A DNA stretch of 64,000 nucleotides from positions 54,312,001 through 54,376,000 of the forward strand of contig NC_083278.1 in NCBI RefSeq assembly GCF_963506605.1. Direction: 5' to 3'. Under the pieces are notes generated by a model that saw only the letters and a program-made list of their open reading frames with translations, did no database searches and was not told where the DNA came from. Positions 51,994 to 64,000 of this stretch are shown in pieces; positions within the stretch are counted from its first letter, which is position 1, and each line of letters opens with the position of its first letter. The translations under genes and the position numbers were made by a program. The DNA is from Zootoca vivipara (taxonomy: Eukaryota).

Positions 51994-53587
51994 CACGGGT
52001 GTCAAACACAAGGCCCGGGGGCCAAATCCGGCCCGCCAGACCTCGTCATGTGGCCCGCCGAGCGCCCCAGCCAGCGGGACCCAGCAGCGGGACCTTGCTG
52101 CTCAAGCGCCGCGCCGACAAAGCGCCGACAAACAGCTGGGGCGGGGGGGTAGAAAGGCGACCGGAGCAGCGCTGCGTGGAGCGCCCTGAGCCACAGCAGG
52201 AGAAGGAGGAGGCAGCTTTGAATCCTCCTCCTCCTGCCACGGCTCGGCGCCTGGAAACGGCTGCTGCTGTTGCTGCTGCTGCAGCACAGACAAAGCACCC
52301 AGCAGCGCTGCGTGGAGGAGGATTCAAAGTGCTACAGAGCACTGCTGCGTCCCAGAGGCTCGGGACTCTCCGCACGGCGCTGCCGGGCACCGACCCGGCA
52401 AGCCGCCTCCTCCTCCTCTTGCCTCACCTCCTCCTTCTCCTGCCGCGGCTCAGCCTCATGAACGTGAGCTCAGCAGCGGCTCAGCCTCACGAACGTGCAA
52501 CTCTGAGGCTTTACGCACTTCTCCTAAAACGGACACCCGCTGCCTCACGCTGCACGGGAAATGCTTTTTGCCCCTGGGTCCCTTCGCGCTCTTTTCTGGC
52601 GCTGAATCAAGGCGGCGACCCCCCCTTCCCTTTCTTTCTTCCTCTCTCTCGTTCTTATTCTTTCTTTCCCTCTCCTTCCTTCCTTCTTTATCTCTGTCTT
52701 CTCTCCCTCTTTCTTTTTCTTTCCTTCTTTATTCCTTCTTTCCTACTCTTCTTTCTCTCACCTCTTTCCTTCCTCTCTCCCTCCTGCTCCCTCTTTTCTT
52801 TCTTTCTTTCTTCCTTTCTTTCTTTCTTCCTTACTTCCTTCCTTTCTTCCTTCCGTCCTTCCCATCTTTCTTCCTCTCCCTCATTCTTATTCTTTCTTTC
52901 CCTCTACTTCCTTCCTTCTTTCTCCCTTTCCGTCTTCTCTCCCTCTTTCTTTTTCTTTCCTTCTTTATTCCCTTCCTTATTTCCTACTCTTCTTTCTCTC
53001 CCCTCTTTCCTTCCTTCCTCTCTGCCTCCCATTCCCTCTTTTCTTCCTTCCTTCCTTCCTTCCTTCCTCCCTCCCTCCCTCCCTCCCTCCCTCCCTCCCT
53101 CCCTCCCTCTCCCTCTCCTCAGAAACATAGTTTGCTGCTTTATACTTCTGGCCCTTAAACCCTGGAACCAGGAGAGCAGCTCCAGTGAGTCAACCTCAGC
53201 CAGTCCCTTTGGTGAAGGGTGGTGGCTCACTGGCAGAACATCTGTCCTGCATGCAGAAGGACCCCAGCATCTCCAGGTACCAGTAGCTCTGCAAAGCTTG
53301 AAACCCTAGCGAGCCTCCACCACCCAGTGCAGTTACCAAAAATCATTTTTCAATAAATTGTACAATAATTGTACATTTGAATATCTACTTGCCATTATTC
53401 TGACTATGTTTCTGCTTTCAGAGCTAGTTATTACTTACATTATTACAAAAAACAGTAATAATTGAATGCAGTGACAATAATTTATGATAATAAAGAGTGG
53501 ACACATAGTCCTACAGATACAACCGGCCCTTTGAGGGTGACCAAACTGCTGATGCGGCCCCCGATGAATTTGAGTTTGACATCCCTG
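51994..53587. mobile_element. 1.6-kb non-autonomous hAT (Charlie-like) element with a composite interior
   Basis: TIRs CACGGGTGTCAAAC / GTTTGACATCCCTG with subterminal CGGCCC motifs. Perfect 8-bp TSD TCCTAGAG (51986-51993 and 53588-53595). Confidence 0.9.
52618..53120. repeat. ~500-bp polypyrimidine (CT/CTTT/CCTT/CCCT) low-complexity tract
   Basis: Almost purely C/T on the + strand; lies inside the hAT element. Confidence 0.95.
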
Positions 53588-55247
53588 TCCTAGAGCATCC
53601 CAGTCACTGCTGCTAGTTATGGGGTAGGTCTCATCTGCATGGAATGGGGGTGAGAGCAAGAGGGATAAGTGGGCTTCCAGACAAGCTACTTATCGAGCAT
53701 TCGTTCTGATTTGCTTGCAGGTAGATGGCTTTTGGTGTTCATGAATGCTCATAAATCTTTGCAGGTAGATTAGATGGCATTGGATGAAAGCAACTGTTAT
53801 GCCACACTGTCCAGTATATTATATCACTTTCCTTATTGCAAAAAGCCCAGTCATTTGGGTAAGTGGGTTCATTGCACAAGACCTCCCAATCAGCTCAAGT
53901 TGTGCAGTCTGAATTTGCTGGTATGTGTTTGCATGCCACCTGAAAATGGTGGTTGTCTGGAAGTGCCAGGAGAGCAAGAAGCAGCAGGAAGCAGTTGGAA
54001 CACATGGTCCCTGAACCTGAGTACACAGTAGATGTTTGTGAGGGAAGCAGAGATCCAGTGGATCCAGGGCTACCTCTACCTCATCCCCCTGCCTCACCTC
54101 AGAGCACTTTCAGGAGTGCTGAATGCCAACTGCTGTCAGTGGTAGATATTTGCCTGTGGAGCTTTCCATGGCCACAGCAGAGGCTTCCTTAGCAAGCATG
54201 GGTGTGCCACCTGCAGACCTTTCTGCCAGAGGCAGAGGCAAAGGCACCCACCTATTCTGTGAATTAAGATTGCTTTGCCCATCCTAATGTTTGCAGAGCC
54301 ACAAACAGACTAGCCTTGTCACAGACATAAGCAGACACCTTGATTTGTTGGCATGGTGTAACTGTGAGAAACCTAAACTTAAAGCTCAGCTGAGGTGCAG
54401 CTGGTTTAAATAATAGCAAGCAATTAGGCTGAAGACAAAATCAGCGGTGGCATTTTATAATTACAATTAATTTAAAGGTTAATTTCCTTTGGTGCTAAAA
54501 TCTTATTTAAAACATTTACCAGGAAAGGAAATTAGGATGTTACTATTAAGATGCATGGAGTGCTTCTGGGAATCCATGCCTATTATCAGTAGAAAATTAG
54601 GTTAGGCTCAAAGTGGGAATTTCAATTCATTTTAGTGTATAATAGGTGGCGATCAGGGCCTTGAGTTGGTGGGTTTTGGTTAGGGAGACTGTAAGATTTG
54701 CATTTCTTTTGTTTGAGGGATTAATTGCAAATGTTTTTAACAAAGGGGCTGGTTTAATACGTGAACAAGCACAACATGAAAAGAAAATTGGTTATGGATT
54801 GCTGCCTTCCTAACTAATGAAGTTGATGTTAAGGAAATCCCTGAGAGACATAGTTGTGCTATGAAAAAATATTAATAAATAGATTTACACACTGAAAGTG
54901 GTGCTGTCACTACCTTCCTATATGTTAATTTTCCTTTTCCCTTATTACCTGGTCCATCCCTCCCCGAACATCCATCACCATCTCCTAAGGGAGCTGCCAA
55001 GCCTGTGTTTCAAATATGTCTAAATAATAGTGGTGCTTTGATGCAAGAAACGTTTGCATTGGTGTCTCATCATCATAACAGAATAGTGTTTAATAAAATC
55101 AATTCCTGATCACTATAAGCAAAGAGGGATTGTGATCACCATGAATTTTATTATGTTTTATGTTTTTCTTCATCTGTCATAGTCTTATTACATGAATTAA
55201 TTTCTAAAATGACTATTTTTTAATGGCAGGGGAATCTTCAGTAGAAA

Positions 55248-56124
55248 TAAACCACAGCCTTGAATGGTTGGCTGGATGGTTACATGGGAGCCAGTTGAAG
55301 TTAAATCCTTCGAAGACAGAGGTCCTTTGGCTGGGTCAGGACGATATGGGGTTGGGGGGCCAACTCCCATCTCTTGCGGGGGCACAATTAGTGCCAGTGC
55401 CATCCGTTAAGAGTTTGGGTGTAATCTTCAACACCTCCCTTTCTATGGAAGCGCAGGTTGCAGCCATAACAAAGGCGGCATTTTTTCATCTCCACCAAGC
55501 TAAGCAGCTCACCCCTTACCTCTCTCTCCCTGACCTAGCCACTGTGATCCACGCAATGGTCACCTCCAGGCTTGATTATTGTAACTCACTCTTCATGGGG
55601 CTGCCCTTGAGACTGACCCAGAAACTCCAGCAGGTGCAGAATGCCTTAGCGAGACTCCTTGCTGCAGGATCACATTCAGCTGCACTGGCTCCCGGTGGAG
55701 TACAGGATCAGGTTTAAAGTGCTGGTTTTAACCTTTAAAGCCCTATATGGCCTAGGACCCTCGTACCTACAGGACCGCCTCTCCTGGTATGTCCCACAGA
55801 GGACCTTGCGGTCTTCAAATAAAAACATCTTGGAACACTCTGTGGAACACTCTGTCACAAGAGACTAGGGCCCTACGGGACTTGACATCTTTCCGCAGGG
55901 CCTGCAAGACAGAGTTGTTCCACCAGGCTTTGGCCAAGGCACAGTCTGACCCCCTCTCTCCTTCTGTAATCCTCACAGAACTCTAGCCCAATGGTTGCCA
56001 TTAATTTGATTCTGAATTGATTTTAGAATGTATTTTAATTTTTAGAATGTATTTAAATTAGTTAGTGTGGTTTTATGTACACTGTGCTATTTTTACTTGT
56101 TGTTAGCTGCTCTGAGCCCGGTTT
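55248..56124 (+). mobile_element. L2-clade LINE 3' part (second subfamily), degraded
   Basis: [67 protein letters not shown], with small deletions. Confidence 0.9.
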
Positions 56125-56354
56125 TAGGATTGCAGTAACTGGGAGATTTCATTAACCTGATTAATTTGCCTCACTCATTTCTGCTGTTATTCCTCATATT
56201 GTGCCTAGCTGGTACCGTCATAACAATAACCAAATGCAAACTGTGATGTAAAGCTTGGAAGTGTATTGGGGATTCCAAACCAGGGTTTCAAAGAATATTG
56301 GTGTAATGCCAAACCAGGGTTTAGGCAGGCAAAAAGAATACATATGGTCTAAAA

Positions 56355-56490
56355 CAGGCATCCTCAAACTGCAGCCCGCCAGATTTTTTGGCCTACAACT
56401 CCCATGATCCCTAGCTAACAAGACCAGTGGTCAGGGATGATGGGAATTGTAGTCCAAAACATCTGGAGGGCCAAAGTTTGGGGGTGCCTG
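56355..56490. mobile_element. URR1-like hAT MITE, complete
   Basis: CAGGCATCCTCAAACT / AGTTTGGGGGTGCCTG. Perfect TSD GTCTAAAA (56347-56354 and 56491-56498). Confidence 0.92.
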
Positions 56491-57697
56491 GTCTAAAAGA
56501 AGAGAGATGGGGGTGCAATACCACAACCTGCTCCTGATTGCTAAACCATGGCTAACCTTTGGGTAGCATTACATTGCAGCAGCCCTAGGCAGCAATTCTA
56601 GGATTCCAATCTTCTGGGTGATATAAGCCCACATCCCCATGGCCACAAAAAGTTATGCATCTCCCACTACATAATGCTTTATTTCTCATACCCTTCATCC
56701 ACCCCGAAAAATAACTTTTGAAAACTTAATGGGCTAATGCAGCTAAAGTAGCATCCAGTTCTTTGATAAATATTTCTTTTAAAATGCACTGCCTAGCAAA
56801 ATTCTATTTCTCTCAAACTCTCATCTGAGTTTTGGCCTGCTAAAATTTACAGCTGAATACCCGATGATGGGAGGAAGAATGGCCTACTGGCTCCCTGGAG
56901 CAAACCAGAGTATGTATTCCTTTAAAAATTTGAATGTTTTCTTAGAGTCTCCTTTGTTCAGGAGGTTTGGTTGGGAGGGGACCCTTGCAGGGCTTTTTCT
57001 CTAGTGCTTCCTGCCCTGTGGAATCAATTCACCTCTGATATTTGCCTTAGTTTGACCCTTCTAGTAATTCACAGGCACTAGGAGACATGCTTGTCTGGAG
57101 TGTTTTTGAAGGGATTTTATGTCTTCTGTTTGCGGGGGAAAATTTAATGTTTGACCTGTATGTGTATTTTTATTGTCTTTGGTGCTGTTCTGTTGCCTTT
57201 ATATAAGCTGATTCTTTGGTAGACAGAACGGGATAAAATGTTTGCATAGATTATATGTTTGCATGTATATATTGTTGTCTGCCACCCCAATCTCCAAGTG
57301 GTGTGCAATTCCAGGGGTTCCTGGTGCTTACACCAGGGTTCAGTGTCATTGTAATGAGGGGCAGCGGAGACTGCGATGTCTTTATAATACATGGCTTATT
57401 TACACATATATATAACCTGAGGCTACAATGGAGGGTCTCGCAGCATTAACACCCCAGAAGGACTTGCTTCTCCCATCATCACAGCAGAAATCCAGTATGA
57501 CTCTCCTCAGGCTTCTGCCTGCAGCCTGCTTCTTACCAGCTCTCACAAACACTAGACTCTGGCCTTCTCGCTACCAGCCAGGTGAGGGAAGGAGCCCATC
57601 CATTTGCCCTCCAGCACAAAGATTTGTACTTGGGGTCATTACCAAAATATTGCACAGAGGTATTAAGTAACTGGTCTATGCCTCAAAGTGACCAACC

Positions 57698-57849
57698 NNN
57701 NNNNNNNNNNNNNNNNNNNNNNNNNNNNNNNNNNNNNNNNNNNNNNNNNNNNNNNNNNNNNNNNNNNNNNNNNNNNNNNNNNNNNNNNNNNNNNNNNNNN
57801 NNNNNNNNNNNNNNNNNNNNNNNNNNNNNNNNNNNNNNNNNNNNNNNNN
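57698..57849. other. Assembly gap
   Basis: Run of N. Confidence 1.
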
Positions 57850-58797
57850 GTACACTCATCTGAATTGTGTAATGCAGGTCTCCAATCAATTACAAAACTC
57901 TATTCCTGTATTCCTACAGTGATTTGATTTGCGCTAAGACATTGATCGATTGCTTAATTTTATTGCAAGAATTGTAATTATGAAAATAAGTATCCCTTTG
58001 ACCATAATATATTCAACTTTTTCATACATTTGATTTTAATTTTGATTTTATTTGATGGACTGCTTTATTTTTGTTTGCTTTTTGAACTGTGTTCATGAGA
58101 CTCGGGGGCTTCTTGAAAGTGTTTTTAGGGTTCCTCAGTGAAATCAGTAATGCTGTAGACAAACCTCCCTGAAGGACAGCTGGCTCTGTTCACAACTTAT
58201 CTTGCCCTGTAATCTGAGAAGTTAGGAGGATGTTTGGTGTCTTCCAGAGCACTTGTAGTTTATATGGGCAACACTGAAGTTCAAAAGAGCTTACCAGTGC
58301 CCTGCATGAATTGAGTGTGTACCCTAGGACAAAGGCCAGGGTTCTCTGTGGCACACAACAACTTCATGGGAGATTGTCAAGGGCTCCTCTACAGCCAAGT
58401 CAATAGGGAAATTGCTTTAGATTCTGTCTCACTTTTGGTCCTCAGAATTCTCCTTCTCCTGCTGGAGTTTTCCTCCATTTATAGCAGTTGTATCTCTCTC
58501 TTTCCTCCGTCCCACTTCTTTATCTCTTTACTTGTCCAGTAATAAGCTAGCCTACAGCAATCTCCTGCTAACAATTTGTTCCATTAGGGACACAATGGTC
58601 CTACCATGCTTGCATTTCCTCTAGATGACACTGATTGGGAACAACCTGCAGATTTTTCCAGGCTATTTGAAGCATCTTGGCAGTTTGAAAGTCCTTCGGG
58701 GGCAGTTTTAAAATGCCCCATGTGTAAAATGGTGCATTATAGTGGAAATTGTCCTAGAAATATCCTAGCTCAACTGAAACTTGATTCAGGGAAAAGA

Positions 58798-58803
<6 letters not shown>

Positions 58804-58845
<42 letters not shown>
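58804..58845. repeat. (TA)n microsatellite
   Basis: Direct reading. Confidence 0.95.
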
Positions 58846-58848
<3 letters not shown>

Positions 58849-59184
58849 TGTATCCTATTTCCTCAGAGAAGTCTTTATTATAGGCTGTTAACAATTATTG
58901 CATATAAAAAGTTCCATGTTCATAGACCAGTAGATTCTGCATGCAGTTGTGTGTTAGGGGGAAGTTTGCGTAGACTTTTGCAGCACTGAACATACCTGTA
59001 GCAAGGAAAAATAGAGACCCAAAAGGCATTGTTTGCTGTCTGTTTCTGGGCATGCTGATGATAATCCCCAAAATAGGTGCTATGTCGATGAGCTCTAAGG
59101 CAAAAAGCTGTAAATATTTTTCCCCCATGTAACATTTCTTTGGCCAGGAAATTACTGTAACTTTTGAGTTACAGGCCAATGTAT

Positions 59185-59330
59185 GGTTACAGGTAGGTAG
59201 CCGTGTTGGTCTGGGTCGAAGTAAAATAAAAAAATTCCTTCAGTAGCACCAACTAAGACCAACTAAGTTTTTGTTTTGGTATGAGCTTTGGTATGAGCTT
59301 TGGTATGTATGCTACTGGAAAGATTTGTTT
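59185..59330. mobile_element. Penelope-like element pseudo-LTR fragment
   Basis: GGTTACAGGTAGGTAGCCGTGTTGGTCTG...CAGTAGCACC..AGACCAACTAAG..TTGGTATGAGCTTT, recalled as the squamate Penelope terminus. A short inverted piece (TGCTACTG) follows. Confidence 0.7.
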
Positions 59331-60641
59331 CCCTGATCTTTTGAGACCCAATAGAGCCCGGTTTATTTTAAATATTTGTGGGATTTTCTCTCTCTCTTGA
59401 TGTCAAGTGAAACTTCAACATCAACATATTTATTAAGTCAAAAGTAAGAATAAGTGTGCAAGAAAGGAAAGTTTACATAATGTGCAGCCCATTGCTGTGC
59501 ATGTTTATTTGGAAATAGATCCCAGGGTTCAATGGGATTTACTCCAAGTAAGTGTGCTGGGGGGGGGGGGGTAGTATTCAAAAGATGTGTATGTGAATAA
59601 AGGTTGGGGTTAGGGTTTTAGTTTGTGAAATGGTTGCTTTTTGCTTCTACATAGGAGAATCAAAAGTTTACAGGAGAAAGGAAAAACTGTTCTGAAATAA
59701 GGTTCAATGAGGATGGTTAAATTACTATTTCATCTGTTGTCAAAAGGTTACTATATACTGATAGATTCTTGTTTCTTTTGTTTTCATTAACTCCTTTTCA
59801 GTTAAAATTTGTACACTAATTTTGCAGACATTTCATGACTCTGATTTGGCAAATGTTCAATCTAAACCTTTAAGACTCTCCTTTTCCTTTTTTAAAATTC
59901 TAATTATAAGTATTGTTGTGTAGTTTTAATAGAAACAAAAAAATGAAAGTTCACAAGAGACTAATGTGCACAGGAGGGTCAGAGTTTCAGCCTATGAACC
60001 TGGCAATTAAGGAGAAATAGAAACATAATCAAGATTTGACTCTCCTCCTGTTGGCTAAAAGGTTGAGAGCAAAAATACTGTAAAGCTAGTAAGTTAAAGA
60101 AAGGAAGAGTTGCAGGAGAAAGGACCAAAACATTAAGACGAAGGATCAGAGAACCCAGTTGGGACATTATAGCAGAAAGGAGCCAGGAAAAGACCGCAAA
60201 GGGACCCAGAAGCTGAACCCATAAGAAACAGTGTAGAAGAGTTTTGTATGTGTTTCTCTATTTATATATATTCTAAAAGCATGTTTTCTGAAACTGCCTC
60301 TAAGTGTTGCCTCACTAAGACACTAAGTAAAAGCATAGCTTATTTTAGGGAGGGGTCCCTGAAGCCTTCCCACCTGTGTGCCTATGCCATATTACTCCAC
60401 GCAGTATTGATAGACAGAGTCTGCTTAGTGGATGTAAAGAAGAGGGGGAATACATCAAATTTGTGGCAGTGGCCAAGGGGTTGGTTTGGCTATTTTTGCT
60501 TGCTTCCCTTCCCTCTCATAGTGCAGACCACTACAGCCCATGGTGCCACTATGTCTGAAGTGTGACTTCTGGGCCACTATATAACTAGAGAAGGAAGACT
60601 CAAGAATTGAATCTACATCTGTGAAACAAGTCTTTCATTGT

Positions 60642-61428
60642 CCCTCTTGTGAGTCGAGAACCCGCCACCCGCTTGGACACAATGTATTTAAGTTAACAGG
60701 TGGGAAAAGGCCACAACTTTATTGGTTACAGCATGTGTGTGGTATTGGCTTAGGCATTGGATTGAACAGACTAGATGACTCCCCCCTCTCAGCGTGGAGT
60801 CATCAAAGGTTAACAACCAGAAGGTGGAGCCTGTTGATGCAAATACAACTGGAAGCTCCCCCTGATGCCACCGGGGGTCATGCCATGGCCCTAGCCACCA
60901 GCAGGGCATCGGACAGGATCCACGACTGCCGGATTCCTTTAACGGAATACCCTAAAGATGGAGGGGTAGGCAATGGCCCGAACCTTGCCCCCTCCGACAC
61001 ATCACAGATATACCAATGCCTAACCGCCACCCGAGCCAAAGAGCTCACCGCCAAATACTCTCACAGCTGCAACCAATCCCTAAGGCTTTTGATAATATCT
61101 GTTAACCAAATGTCATTTACAATATCAGAGAAGCGGACGCCATCCTTACAAAACAGAGCAATGTCACTGAACCTGATGCCAGCGTGCTCGATCACAAGGC
61201 CATTTTGGGAACGTAGCTTGCAAGCCACCACACAATTCAGAAGTTTCCTGGTTAATGGAGGCAGAGAACTGCCGCGGCTGCATTAAGTGCAGCTAAATCC
61301 CGCCCCAGAGCCAGCCCTATTGGCTGGCTACTGGAGGCGTGGTGCGGCAGCAAGGGCAGGTAAGGCAAGGAGCCAACACGCCCCCTTGCTGACGCGGGAG
61401 CGACTTCCGTTCACAACCCCTCCCCTCT
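60642..61428 (-). mobile_element. Internally deleted Ngaro/DIRS-type (tyrosine-recombinase) retroelement retaining only an SGNH-hydrolase C-terminus
   Basis: Minus strand ~61250-61061 reads TRKLLNCVVACKLRSQNGLVIEHAGIRFSDIALFCKDGVRFSDIVNDIWLTDIIKSLRDWLQL* (SGNH block V, DGVH-like). A CpG-rich terminal segment with CCAAT and GGGCGG lies upstream, and an AATAAAGTTGTGGCC 3' segment downstream. CCCTCT occurs at both ends. Confidence 0.72.
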
Positions 61429-63148
61429 GTAAGGAGGAGAGACTTTCTCTGATCTGAGCTTTTTAATAGCTGTGTGTGTTCACATTTGATATCTGGAAAG
61501 GGAGAAACAGACAGGACAATCCTCACTGTATTCTGCAGGGCTGTAAGTGTTGAATACATCACCAGTTTGGAAACAGTCCAAAGCTCAGGGAAATCTCAGA
61601 GAAGGGGAGGGCCTTTATGATATGGATGTTATTTTATTTACATTTTATTGATCCAGAGTTTCTGAAGGAAAATTAATGAAACTGCCCTCAGTCACAGTCT
61701 GTTAAACATATCAATGTTTTACTAGAAAATCATTTATATGACTATTCCCATGATAATCTTTATCATACAATCTTGCCCTCATCACTGCAACATTTTAATC
61801 ATTTTCAAATACACACCTATGCATGTCTAGTCAGAAGTAAGTCTAATTGCATTCAAGTAGGTTTCCTCCCAGGTTACTGGATATGGGATTGCCGCCACAA
61901 CCAGATCATTTTTGTAGAGTTGGGTATTTAAGGCCAAGTCATACGTTACTTTCCCCCATGCAGAGGTTCATAAATATGCTTCCGCCTGGTGGCCTCTGCA
62001 CAATTGGGACTTATTTGAACTTGGACTTACAACAGTGATAAGCCAAACACAGAAATGCTACATGTCTGTGTTAGTGGGACTCCCACAATAAACTCAACAC
62101 ATAAATGTCGTACAGTATTCCACTCTGCATACCGGTAGTACTGTCATGAGGAAGCAGTGATTAGCAGCCTCCACACTAAATGGGTGATATACGATTCAAA
62201 TCTGATTTCTTTCAGTTCTGTTAACATTTGCTACTACGCTGACTACTTGGTTGAAAATGAGATGGATGATTGTGTTGTTTTACACCATGTTGCTTTCCTT
62301 CTGTGTGCCCATCTGCTTTTTTCCAGCTGACTCACTGCTGCCCTTTGTGAGGCCTCTAAAAACCCCACATCTATAACCTGTGCTAATGAAAGCCCTTCTT
62401 TTCCAGGGAGTTGCTATTCCTTGTGAAAAAAGCTTTTGCAAACATTCCTACAGATAGCAAAACCCAACTTAGGGAATGTTTTAGTGAAGTTGCATAGGTC
62501 TGTTCCGTGTCTTTAGTGGAGGATTGGCTGAGCAGTTGCTGCCACTACAGACTATTTCTAAAAATTTGCAAAGATTAGAAGGTAGTTTTGGTTTGCTCCA
62601 AGAAAGCTACTACCAGGGGGGAAGGAACAGCTTAGCAAACCTGTGTGTGTGTGTGTGTGTGTGCGTGAATGCAAACCATTTGTTGGGGGTTTGCTCAGTA
62701 TGTGCAGTGGTGCAGTGGTTTTGAAAGTGAGCAGTGGCAATTGCATTAGGTGACTTCAAGACATTTGTATTGGAGTTGCCAACCTTTGGGAACATGTGGG
62801 GGCATTTGGGAGCGTGCCATGCAATGGCATGCAGTAAAGTTTTTTGTGGGGGAACAGATAGAGCCAAAGGTATCAGCTTATGAAGGCGATTGGGAAGGGT
62901 GATGTTGTGTGTGAGAGCATCATGCCTCCCTTTCTAAGCCAGGCAGAAGCTTCCCGGGCTTTGGGAAGAAGGCGCCAGGCTTTAATAATTTAATACTCTA
63001 ATTTACCAGGAACATTCAGGGGGCTAGCCTAGTCCCCCTAGTCCACTGACCACATGCCACTGGTTCCATGTACACCATCTCCTCTGGTTACTTCTCTCTG
63101 TCTCTCTTCCTTTCCTGGGTCACTCTCCCCCAGGCAGACATAAAGACG

Positions 63149-63152
<4 letters not shown>

Positions 63153-63195
<43 letters not shown>
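63153..63195. repeat. (AC)n microsatellite
   Basis: Direct reading. Confidence 0.95.
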
Positions 63196-63198
<3 letters not shown>

Positions 63199-63664
63199 CA
63201 TCATTTGCTTTTCAAAAGGGTTTGAGTAAAAAGACCGATCCAGTGGAATTAAAATAGATGCTCTTGCTTTTGCATGATTTTACATTGAGTCCACCTCCCC
63301 ATCCTAACACCATGAAATAAATGCTTAAATTAGTAGACTGCACAGTAAATATCACAGTGCTTTCCAGGGTTGCCATGGCACAAATGCATCTATCCAAGGC
63401 ACAGATCCTCCTGAATTATCCATGGCTCTTATATAGGATGACAACAAAACTGCCACTAAATGACAGGACACATGAATGGACACAGATTTAACAATGGTTC
63501 TGAGGAGATCAGTCATAAAAATTATGGTGATCTGCATGGATTTTTTTGCCCATGTTTTTTACCATGGCAGTGTTGGAAAGCACCAGATGCATGATTTTTA
63601 TGATTCAGCCAACAAGAGATAAGTGATTTAATGGTGGTTTGCATAGTGGGGACCCCAAGAGGAG

Positions 63665-63814
63665 NNNNNNNNNNNNNNNNNNNNNNNNNNNNNNNNNNNN
63701 NNNNNNNNNNNNNNNNNNNNNNNNNNNNNNNNNNNNNNNNNNNNNNNNNNNNNNNNNNNNNNNNNNNNNNNNNNNNNNNNNNNNNNNNNNNNNNNNNNNN
63801 NNNNNNNNNNNNNN
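63665..63814. other. Assembly gap
   Basis: Run of N. Confidence 1.
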
Positions 63815-64000
63815 CCCTGCCATTCTCTCACTTTATCCCCCTGCCACTGCCTGCTTCCCCACAGGCTCCCAGATCAGTTACTTTTTTCTCCTACAACCTT
63901 GGTCATTCCACTTTCTAGTCAGCATCTCAGAGCTGAAAGAGGAAGTGAGAAGTAGCTTTTCACTTCCAGTGTCCCTCCCTTAGCACTACGTACTTCGGGG

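Noticed and set aside
51975-53309. Longest ORF (444 aa) and overlapping ORFs
   Set aside because: Product of GC-rich and C/T low-complexity sequence within a hAT element. Stop-poor by composition, with no domain.
60621-61286. 221-aa plus-strand ORF
   Set aside because: Antisense shadow of the Ngaro-like element. The recognisable coding signal is on the minus strand.

Overview
Vertebrate genomic DNA, almost certainly from a squamate. Sauria-type SINEs, a tRNA-Lys/CR1-tail (POM/Squam2-type) SINE and BovB together point to a lacertid lizard. The window lies inside the neuronal gene NKAIN2 (+ strand): one unambiguous 61-bp coding exon (43331-43391, [20 protein letters not shown], phase 0/1) is present and everything else is inferred to be intronic. 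The introns hold an antisense, intronless, tailless KDM5B retrocopy fragment (ARID to the start of the C5HC2 finger) with an 8-bp target-site duplication (TSD). They also hold a near full-length dead Tc1 (IR/DR) transposon, a BovB 3' end, L2 and CR1 fragments, five Sauria SINEs, many hAT and Tigger-like MITEs, a Penelope fragment and a miniature Ngaro/DIRS-type element. Best leads: the tailless retrocopy, a candidate alternative last exon of NKAIN2, a CpG-rich hAT MITE with a 95-bp hairpin and ETS/YY1 motif array, the mini-Ngaro and a candidate RE1/NRSE site. I found no evidence of a wholly new multi-gene system. Family assignments come from recognising sequences from memory, not from database searches. 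Two N-gaps (57698-57849, 63665-63814) are unreadable.
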